Assembly (NCBI GenBank): GCA_037147375.1
Contig: JBAWVI010000038.1
Coordinates: 1-8,898, forward strand
Length of the DNA: 8,898 nucleotides
DNA from: an archaeon
Lineage (GTDB): Archaea > Iainarchaeota > Iainarchaeia > Iainarchaeales > CSSED10-239
Reading direction: 5' to 3'
Position numbers and translations under genes: made by a program. Under the pieces are notes generated by a model. It was not told the DNA's origin, searched no databases, and worked only from the letters and a program-made list of their open reading frames with translations. Positions 6,001-8,898 of this stretch are shown here, piece by piece (position 1 is the stretch's first letter; each line of letters begins with the position of its first letter).

Positions 6001-8275
6001 AACTTCTATCAATTAAATTCCAAGCTCTATATTTGAATTTTAATTTATAATTAACAAGCTCTGTTGCTTTAACTCTAACCTTAACTTGCTTTGAAGAAAT
6101 AGATTGCTTGTCTTTCCATTCCATTTCAATCCATTTATTAATCTCTCCTTCTGTTCCTTGATTAATAATATCTGTTCCTTGATTACCAGGTGCTGGTTCA
6201 GGATTGTATGTTGTTGAATATTTAAATCTTGTAGAGTCTGCTTGGAAACCAGTTATTCCATAAGTCATGTTTTCAGAATCTGTTTCTGAATCTTCACCAG
6301 CTCTAATATGCACTCCACCTGCTGTTGCTCCTTCAGGGAAGATTACATCAAACACTAAGAAATAATCTTTATCTATTGCAATGTAATTTACTTTTTCTCC
6401 TCTATCATTTAAGATTCCAGTAAATTCAATAACAGGATAATTACCAATAGTTTTTGGTTTAATTGTTAAAGAAAGTAAGCTTCCTTCTCCTGCTGAAAGA
6501 CTAGCAGTTGTTCTGTTTCCATTAACGTCTGTGTAGTCAACTATATAATCATTATAACCTTTAGTTTCAAACATTACTCCATCAGTGTTAACATCTGCAT
6601 CATAAAGAACAGTTCCATCTTTACTTGTAATTGTTACGTGTCCATCAGTTATTCTTGATCCATCTTGATTTAATAAATCAAGAGATAATATTTTAGATGC
6701 ATCATTGATTACAAAAATTAATTTATTTTCTTTTGTTTTTGTAATTGTAATATATTCATAATCATTAATATCTCCAACTCTTGCAAGAACTAAATATTGT
6801 GAATCAATCTTTAAAGGATAAGAAATTCCTCCTTGCATATCTACAAGTAATTCTTCTCCGTATGGAACTTCAAGTCCACTAACAACTTCATATAATCTTA
6901 TTCTTGCGTTTGTTACAGGTAAGTTTTTACCATCAACTACAAACACATAAAGCAAAGCACTATTATCAACTGTAATTCTTTCAAGTTTCATTTCAACTTC
7001 ATTAAGATTCTTTAAAGAAACTAAAGTGTTTGCACAAAAATAATTATCTGCACATGCAACAACATAAACGTCTGAATCAACAACAAGACCAGAGAAAGAA
7101 ATGTTTCCTGCAAAATCAGAAGTATTAGAATCTATTTTTTGTCCAGTAGGTGTATAAAGAGTAACAATTGCATTTGAGATAGGAAGAACATCAGCTTTAC
7201 TCATAACCTTAACTGAAAGATTTGTTCCACCAAGTGGAAGAGTAACTGTATATGATTCTTCATCATTTAAAATTCTATAAGATTTATTTTCATCACTTGT
7301 AACTGTTCTATATCCTTCTTTTGAAACTGTGTATGTAATTGTTTCAAGCATATCAATTGCAAGAAGAGCTTTTCCGTTAGCTGTAATTGCTTCATCAATT
7401 AATGTTCCTTGTAAATTAAATACTTTAACAGTTGCATCAGATAATGGTTGATTATCTTTATCTATAACAATAAATGAAACTCTGCTTTTTCCTTCAAAGA
7501 GAGCTGTTGATACACTAAGCTTAACTTCTTGTGTAATCATTTCTTCATTTAATTGAAAGTTTTCAATTTTACTATCTTGATATTTATCTGCTGAAATTAT
7601 TAATGTAATATTTTTATTTTGAGGAACTCCTAAAGTTAGATTATATGCTGAATCCATAACTCCAGAAACTTCTTCTTCTTGTCCGTTAACTGTATATCTT
7701 GCAATAGCTGTTGCATTTGCAATTATTTTATTTGTTTGTGAATCAAGAACTCTAAGTCTTAATGTTCCAGGAACAACAACTTCATCAAACACAATTGTAA
7801 TTATTTGATTTTTAGAATTAATTAATACTTCTTGATAATTATCTTGTTGTCCATCTTTAATAGCTGTTATCTTATATGTTTTTCCAACTTTTAGTTTTAA
7901 TTTTAAAACATCTGCATTACTTATGTTTTGAGAGAAAGAAGAACCACTCTTTAGGTCCTTAAATGTTACATCAACATCTTGAAGTGCTACTCCATTTGGA
8001 TCTTGAATAATAAAACTAACATTCATGCTTGAACTAAGTCCAAACACAAGTAAGAAAATAATTAAAAGAAGGATTGCTAGAAGAATAGACCCAACTAATG
8101 CAAAAGAAGGTATGCCTTTGCTTTCAAGATATTCATTAAGTTTATTTAAAGGAATTCCTATTCCAGAGACCCACGCAGAAAACTTATTGTATCCATTCTC
8201 AGCTTTAGTGTATACTTTTGAAAAAAAGTTTTTGTTCTCAGTATCTGAGGTTGCATCTACCTTTGTCTTTACCAT
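1..8275 (-). CDS. Giant membrane-anchored, multi-domain cell-surface protein (adhesin-like). It is 3'-partial, at least 2,758 aa, with the C-terminus beyond the left edge of the window.
   Basis: I hand-translated the minus-strand frame whose codons occupy + positions 2-4, 5-7 ... 8273-8275. It opens with ATG at 8275-8273 (MVKTKVDATSDTENKNFFSKVY...). An in-frame TAA lies at 8293-8291, with no alternative start codon between it and the ATG. 2,758 sense codons follow with no TAA/TAG/TGA down to the edge (...SWVSGDAWDLATLNQSV), leaving one base over. Residue numbering closed exactly against coordinates at independent checkpoints: K606=6460-6458, M1501=3775-3773, G2063=2089-2087, C2725=103-101. 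Composition is protein-like and domain periodicity holds throughout. It is most likely missing from the ORF track simply because it has no stop inside the window. Confidence 0.93.
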   Translation of the reverse strand, partial: MVKTKVDATSDTENKNFFSKVYTKAENGYNKFSAWVSGIGIPLNKLNEYLESKGIPSFALVGSILLAILLLIIFLLVFGLSSSMNVSFIIQDPNGVALQDVDVTFKDLKSGSSFSQNISNADVLKLKLKVGKTYKITAIKDGQQDNYQEVLINSKNQIITIVFDEVVVPGTLRLRVLDSQTNKIIANATAIARYTVNGQEEEVSGVMDSAYNLTLGVPQNKNITLIISADKYQDSKIENFQLNEEMITQEVKLSVSTALFEGKSRVSFIVIDKDNQPLSDATVKVFNLQGTLIDEAITANGKALLAIDMLETITYTVSKEGYRTVTSDENKSYRILNDEESYTVTLPLGGTNLSVKVMSKADVLPISNAIVTLYTPTGQKIDSNTSDFAGNISFSGLVVDSDVYVVACADNYFCANTLVSLKNLNEVEMKLERITVDNSALLYVFVVDGKNLPVTNARIRLYEVVSGLEVPYGEELLVDMQGGISYPLKIDSQYLVLARVGDINDYEYITITKTKENKLIFVINDASKILSLDLLNQDGSRITDGHVTITSKDGTVLYDADVNTDGVMFETKGYNDYIVDYTDVNGNRTTASLSAGEGSLLSLTIKPKTIGNYPVIEFTGILNDRGEKVNYIAIDKDYFLVFDVIFPEGATAGGVHIRAGEDSETDSENMTYGITGFQADSTRFKYSTTYNPEPAPGNQGTDIINQGTEGEINKWIEMEWKDKQSISSKQVKVRVKATELVNYKLKFKYRAWNLIDRSYFRDPKDDTLGQTFSNSRKQALYSDTKEVEVNLFDVPLDCVNDLCISYEFIDSNLIKYTKDEFFGLTNDIYAIELNLFSEKNREVVIDAETSTTLPIISFISAGDSLVFPSNYGIENANEFTITKDKIVLEGGVRKKVYFFFVTKALGVSYVNFKYSGGGINARTEKISFNIFDRRELRVVFNPDVVLPYGDPLNIEVYDSATGTPIENALITINDDKGQFITSIKGSKVNGKNGKYNITNKFVVNKIIVIVSAHGYAPYSRELVVADDAILTGPSEILLNLGTEDISDSVTFKLKNTSDFVISSVTIGNVIWTDPVDTLTVDVAGPIGFAKRGDGEFIATATVSKDSKFKTASGKIPIYGLFGNRQVSKLINVRVIRGLQTNNCLVITPNKIDTYVGLEADAENNFPVLIQNNCDKTLIITPELKSIKSSSNNKLDIGLTQITILPGEETEYTINIKNPEARKQIKTYNYEIIWRNPYYTVSNTTLNVSLLDVSKALWVAPQVIYVPISQMNEQEAGITSSRFMIRNLGKIPITDIQLSKYPEIVSANIGVTEYPREVAILLPGKEIPIDLKFQVKINARTIDDMYYTITGKAVGIKSPITTKVNIYFIISSPNCIKVAPNKLDYTLNVGETKTRNVTLTNACAEPIIIRGIDKSNNLYTQTFGNNPLMLYPVSGNIMGSAIPVNGTATYALRLTANNFGGSPLMPVNLIGQLANSGQYAKSEPILTSITINSENKDELIDMEQSTSAEVPVCGKVNEVRTLTFPIVANTECTGQNGYCDAYLAGELILKKIDELSLNVKSISAQYSNKVISTGCTSTASRGYCAVSNLGNIKSPPSSFTFYLQNDVISTDLLHEILLKSNYSFKNYMVELSPFDKMPADVYGAYASGNKIMLSSGFKGCGRYKVTIDGVIATDYENLFPDRAYYFVLIEDYKETAQCDKKVENFLNYMPWDRKLSKAKPANTWLTVLTGDENVGKGVAKNIFSDELRYAKTTSLSSKNNKLEIKIGAVTENPDALAKIYYLDNTVVTMPQPETIEININDRYAIDNKKKLPDNVISDATRVIGNFLSKQDMADICVSENGDSLLILKLIAAGELKFNPANDKLMKITTNESCTDYNITSGISETIKINYAAPINLQVYFKYNGNRYDNNLVLELEKGKDANFTVCFATTVPEINQFVDKDIIITAKSIYVDSGKLNTQRQAIAKIKLTTCAVPPIEILKHAENTIAKIEKKPVDIPYTYYALIDWNKSYNTTDTETFCETLSKFNKEYPEASLFFDYKQAGCTLDTQKAEKDARLTKAVKNAGIYGGTCMVACGACVVAADAIIAWIPVLGQAKWAKDILIDCGIGCGIPALSIFVSTSTNMSISQAIDKYLLAWLFGKDAKITESAVDGIGSFFNGIIGGVGDALTPGAAGISSLTAGGLDGKRMWNSTPLGTAQATPLYGPGNTVASAGIIPPTPGTPAIPAVPGTPAIPGTPGTPAIPGTPGTPATAPITIPGTPGTPASYNPIAATGAEAVPGLERQLANHVGYMNGTGVYTYHKPVVGTITSPITNAAFPSVEAEFDDILARVSPGGTFDPNAFKNLSKGEVSILTEYIEKGTHTGGGGFPPNNLSLKNKLVSYQAKKFVYVPGTVGTPAVFTPGTPGTPPTPGTPAVPGTPGTPATPGTPATPAIDPTDQINLVPKTEYDDMIKNIDDQIKQLAASEKLVNDKLAQMKGTKARAWTKFNLNKNVKKLEGELAGISKAKGKLDAIKTSVTTNARINPANPAEMLVSNDAIQGLDDLDKIQANGDTVKLKTKPGAGKKWANFGTGLVRGIVCTVMGNKAGDYALSETGETGISNSVAIGNNITFNKNILYMITLGENPDFNVPTGTDKSEASKRAMYIINVEKFTGGSIPDDARIDSCVIPGAPSLINSGASTTPGTTPTTPTTPGIGTRNFSGILPVRSPYSDDYLKSKYLDKTEYQGYCARFAREAGTSSFNYTKSWVSGDAWDLATLNQSV
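2..160 (-). other. Possible N-terminal half of a papain-fold cysteine peptidase/amidase module (CHAP, NlpC/P60 or transglutaminase-core type), cut by the window edge
   Basis: YSDDYLKSKYLDKTEYQGYCARFAREAGTSSFNYTKSWVSGDAWDLATLNQSV contains G-x-C-x-x-F-A around C2725 (codon at 103-101). About 20 residues later comes W-x-S-G-D-A-W. This resembles the nucleophile-Cys helix start and the following G-[ND]-A..W element of CHAP-type domains, and the G-x-C-x-x-F-A of transglutaminase-core domains. The partner His/Asp would lie outside the window, so the call rests on motifs only. Confidence 0.3.
200..247 (-). repeat. Short Thr/Pro linker block C (aa 2677-2692, TTPGTTPTTPTTPGIG)
   Basis: This low-complexity T/P/G stretch sits immediately upstream of the last, truncated module. 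It has the same compositional class as blocks A and B. Confidence 0.7.
743..946 (-). other. Predicted coiled-coil segment (aa ~2444-2511)
   Basis: EYDDMIKNIDDQIKQLAASEKLVNDKLAQMKGTKARAWTKFNLNKNVKKLEGELAGISKAKGKLDAIK is Pro-free and rich in K/E/D/Q/L. Hydrophobic residues fall at heptad-like spacing. It starts directly after PT block B. Confidence 0.5.
986..1114 (-). repeat. Tandem Pro/Gly/Thr repeat block B (aa 2388-2430, PGTVGTPAVFTPGTPGTPPTPGTPAVPGTPGTPATPGTPATPA)
   Basis: PGTP occurs 6 times by my count. Block B shares exact direct 14-16-mers with block A. gttgcaggagtacc is at 1011-1024 and 1530-1543. cctggagtaccaggaa is at 1023-1038 and 1569-1584. ccaggaactgcagga is at 1032-1046 and 1596-1610. 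Confidence 0.9.
1490..1636 (-). repeat. Tandem Pro/Gly/Thr repeat block A (aa 2214-2262, PPTPGTPAIPAVPGTPAIPGTPGTPAIPGTPGTPATAPITIPGTPGTPA)
   Basis: PGTP occurs 8 times by my count. At the DNA level there is an exact 23-mer, gcaggtgtgcctggagtaccagg, at 1491-1513 and 1560-1582, 69 nt apart and in frame. There is also an exact 14-mer, ggaattgcaggtgt, at 1554-1567 and 1608-1621. Confidence 0.9.
1922..2089 (-). other. Cys/Gly-rich hydrophobic hairpin (two candidate membrane segments), aa 2063-2118
   Basis: Segment 1 is GIYGGTCMVACGACVVAADAIIAWIPVLG (aa 2063-2091, 2003..2089). A short basic loop QAKWAKD follows. Segment 2 is ILIDCGIGCGIPALSIFVST (aa 2099-2118, 1922..1981). These are the only strongly hydrophobic stretches after the N-terminal anchor. 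Each contains one Asp and several Cys. Confidence 0.5.
3806..5188 (-). other. Four tandem Ig-like units of about 110-120 aa (PapD/ASH or 'choice-of-anchor'-type sequence pattern), aa ~1030-1490
   Basis: Units fall at about aa 1030-1137, 1139-1250, 1255-1368 and 1370-1490. Each has an early [LI]x[IV]xP..[IL] strand. About 25-30 residues later comes a hydrophobic-x-[LI]-x-N motif: VTFKLKNTSDFVISSV, FPVLIQNNCDKTLII, SRFMIRNLGKIPITDI and RNVTLTNACAEPIII. Units 2 and 4 share NC[LI]x[IV]xPNK[IL]D and a second Cys 28-30 residues later. Confidence 0.5.
5204..5473 (-). other. Seventh carboxypeptidase-regulatory-like beta-sandwich unit (aa 935-1024)
   Basis: ELRVVFNPDVVLPYGDPLNIEVYDSATGTPIENALITINDDKGQF...KIIVIVSAHGYAPYSRELVV shows the same strand / D..G.P[IL]..A.[IV] / GY..-terminal strand pattern as the N-terminal array. 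Confidence 0.55.
6455..8023 (-). other. Array of six tandem 79-85 aa beta-sandwich units (carboxypeptidase-regulatory-like / PEGA-like pattern), aa 85-607
   Basis: Units fall at about aa 85-165, 170-254, 264-348, 351-434, 440-524 and 528-606. Each opens with an alternating hydrophobic strand followed by D/N..G/N.P[IL]..A.V. Examples are VSFIVIDKDNQPLSDATVKVF, LLYVFVVDGKNLPVTNARIRLY, LSLDLLNQDGSRITDGHVTIT and LSVKVMSKADVLPISNAIVTLY. Each closes with a Y/F-x-hydrophobic-x-hydrophobic strand. The units are divergent at the nucleotide level, so this is an ancient domain array and not a recent DNA repeat. The family assignment rests on motif pattern only; no HMM was run. Confidence 0.6.
8036..8107 (-). 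other. N-terminal transmembrane signal-anchor of the giant protein (aa 57-80)
   Basis: The segment is SFALVGSILLAILLLIIFLLVFGL, 24 uninterrupted hydrophobic residues. It is preceded by 56 mostly polar or charged residues (...NEYLESKGIP) and followed by SSS. It lies too far from the N-terminus for a classical cleaved Sec signal peptide. I therefore predict a type-II-like anchor with the N-terminus inside and the bulk of the protein outside. Confidence 0.75.
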
Positions 8276-8308
8276 ATTTTTTCTTCTCTTTTATTTCCAG
8301 AATAAATA

Positions 8309-8316
8309 TTATATAA
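8309..8316 (-). promoter_or_regulatory. TATA-box-like element upstream of the giant gene
   Basis: The minus strand reads tgaaaaTTATATAAtatttattctggaaataaaagagaagaaaaaatATG. The TATA-like octamer has a purine-rich (BRE-like) 5' flank and is centred about 37 nt upstream of the ATG. With archaeal spacing this would give a leader of only about 10-13 nt. No Shine-Dalgarno-like GGAGG/GGTG lies in the last 20 nt. The same octamer contains a bacterial TATAAT, so the domain of life is not resolved. The whole spacer is AT-rich, so chance matches are likely. Confidence 0.35.
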
Positions 8317-8449
8317 TTTTCATTAATATATAATATAGTTATATTTATATATCTTATCTAAATTGTTAAAGGATAATAAATATACTAGAAACAAAAAGAT
8401 ATTTAAATATTAACTTTTTACAATTAAGTGGGTAATTTACTAATTTTCT

Positions 8450-8484
8450 AAAAAAATAAGAAAAAATAAAGAGTTAATAACTCC
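8450..8484 (-). terminator. Terminator-like hairpin plus oligo-T tracts downstream of the small membrane-protein gene
   Basis: Directly after the TAA stop, the minus strand reads gGAGTTattAACTCtttaTTTTTTcttaTTTTTTTag. This gives a 5-bp stem (8471-8475 / 8479-8483) with a 3-nt loop. T6 and T7 runs follow (A runs on the + strand at 8461-8466 and 8450-8456). The stem is weak for a bacterial intrinsic terminator. The oligo-T runs alone fit archaeal termination signals. Confidence 0.45.
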
Positions 8485-8820
8485 TTATTTTGAATTTGAA
8501 ACTCTTACTATTGCAACAATTGAAACAATTAATGCTGCTGGTCCAATGAATTGAACTAAGTTAACAATTATTGATCTTAACATTCCACCAATAACTGGCA
8601 TTGCATTAAGTGATGTGCTCATTGCAACAAGTGAGATTGCAGCAAGTAAGAACAAAGAAATGTTTTTATCATCAACATTTAGTAATCCAACAAGAACACC
8701 TAAAATCATCAATACTATTGCAACCCAAGTTAAATTTGTTAATGATGGGATTATACCAAAGATGATTGCTATTAATATTCCTGCAAGAAAAGAAAATGCA
8801 CCTAATTTTTGTAATTGCAT
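8485..8820 (-). CDS. Small integral membrane protein, 111 aa, about four predicted TM helices, unknown function
   Basis: This is a complete ORF from the track. Hydrophobic segments are GAFSFLAGILIAIIFGII, WVAIVLMILGVLVGLL, ISLFLLAAISLVAMSTSL and IIVNLVQFIGPAALIVSIVAIV, separated by short polar loops. An SD-like GGGGGT lies 8 nt upstream of the ATG, and a terminator-like tract follows the stop. I do not recognise a family. Confidence 0.8.
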   Translation of the reverse strand: MQLQKLGAFSFLAGILIAIIFGIIPSLTNLTWVAIVLMILGVLVGLLNVDDKNISLFLLAAISLVAMSTSLNAMPVIGGMLRSIIVNLVQFIGPAALIVSIVAIVRVSNSK

Positions 8821-8828
8821 AATTTTCT

Positions 8829-8834
8829 ACCCCC
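8829..8834 (-). promoter_or_regulatory. Shine-Dalgarno-like ribosome-binding site for the 111-aa gene
   Basis: The minus strand reads atcGGGGGTagaaaattATG. GGGGGT matches GGAGGT at 5 of 6 positions and has an 8-nt spacer to the start codon. Confidence 0.55.
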
Positions 8835-8883
8835 GATAATTAATTAAATATTATTTTTATTTATTAATATTACTCACAAAAAG

Positions 8884-8891
8884 TTTATAAA
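8884..8891 (-). promoter_or_regulatory. TATA-box-like element upstream of the 111-aa gene
   Basis: The minus strand reads actctcaTTTATAAActttttgtgag... about 64-71 nt upstream of the ATG. It matches the archaeal TTTAWATA-type consensus well. It is very close to the window edge and sits in AT-rich sequence. Confidence 0.3.
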
Positions 8892-8898
8892 TGAGAGT

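Noticed and set aside
8111-8119. K-G|I just before the hydrophobic anchor as a class III (type IV pilin/archaellin-like) signal-peptidase site
   Set aside because: The leader would be 54 residues, far longer than typical class III leaders. The residues after the Gly (IPSF) do not match well. A plain signal-anchor is the simpler reading. It could be re-examined with FlaFind or PilFind.
1-8275. Alternative genetic code or stop-codon reassignment as the reason no long ORF appears in the track
   Set aside because: This is not needed. Under the standard code the minus-strand frame has no TAA, TAG or TGA at all. The ORF is missing from the track only because it is open at the window edge.
1-8275. 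Alpha-2-macroglobulin-like giant protein, since those also contain many beta-sandwich domains
   Set aside because: I found no CxEQ thioester motif anywhere in the translation. The C-terminal half, with its hairpin, PT linkers and coiled coil, does not fit that architecture.
8025-8333. Plus-strand ORF of 102 aa overlapping the 5' end of the giant gene and its promoter region
   Set aside because: It is antisense to the start and TM anchor of the giant gene. It runs into the AT-rich intergenic spacer and encodes a low-complexity tail (FFLLFYFQNKYYIIFINI). It has no RBS.
8320-8352. AT-only quasi-palindrome (atatataatatagttatatttatatat) in the intergenic spacer as a possible operator
   Set aside because: The symmetry is imperfect and shifted, and the sequence is pure A/T low complexity. 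This is indistinguishable from chance in a spacer of such low G+C.
8615-8839. Plus-strand ORF of 74 aa
   Set aside because: It lies entirely antisense to the well-formed 111-aa membrane-protein ORF, which has an SD and a terminator. It is a shadow ORF.
1-8898. Diversity-generating retroelement target, CRISPR array, tRNA/rRNA, IS element or integrase
   Set aside because: There is no reverse-transcriptase ORF and no template/variable repeat pair. The only long-range repeats are the PT-linker 14-23-mers. I saw no regularly spaced direct repeats, no GC-rich cloverleaf-capable segments in the two short intergenic regions, and no terminal inverted repeats.

Overview
This is an AT-rich window, roughly 30% G+C judged from a few sampled lines. 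Everything I can support is transcribed from the minus strand.

The main result is a feature missing from the supplied ORF track. Positions 1..8275 (-) form one uninterrupted reading frame. It starts at the ATG at 8275..8273, with an in-frame TAA six codons upstream. It then runs off the left edge of the window without a stop. My hand translation gives 2,758 sense codons, so the product is a giant protein of at least 2,758 aa that is truncated by the window.

Inferred architecture, N- to C-terminus:
- A 56-aa polar N-terminus.
- A single transmembrane signal-anchor (aa 57-80).
- Six tandem carboxypeptidase-regulatory/PEGA-like beta-sandwich units (aa 85-607).
- An orphan beta-rich region (aa 608-934).
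- A seventh such beta-sandwich (aa 935-1024).
- Four Ig-like (PapD/ASH-type pattern) units of about 110-120 aa (aa ~1030-1490).
- An orphan Cys-containing region of about 570 aa.
- A Cys/Gly-rich hydrophobic hairpin plus a glycine-zipper-like stretch (aa 2063-2183).
- Several modules separated by three Pro/Gly/Thr repeat linkers. These include a coiled coil and, at the window edge, a papain-fold-like catalytic-Cys motif.

Upstream lies a separately promoted 111-aa, roughly four-helix membrane protein (8485..8820, -). It is followed by an oligo-T terminator-like tract.

All plus-strand ORFs in the track, and the minus-strand ORF 1482..1718, look like antisense or repeat shadows. I saw no tRNA, rRNA, CRISPR array or mobile element.

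TATA-like promoters, oligo-T termination and a giant gene without a Shine-Dalgarno motif suggest an archaeon. That could be a DPANN-like episymbiont or an AT-rich methanogen, but a CPR-type bacterium is not excluded. The taxon cannot be settled from this window.
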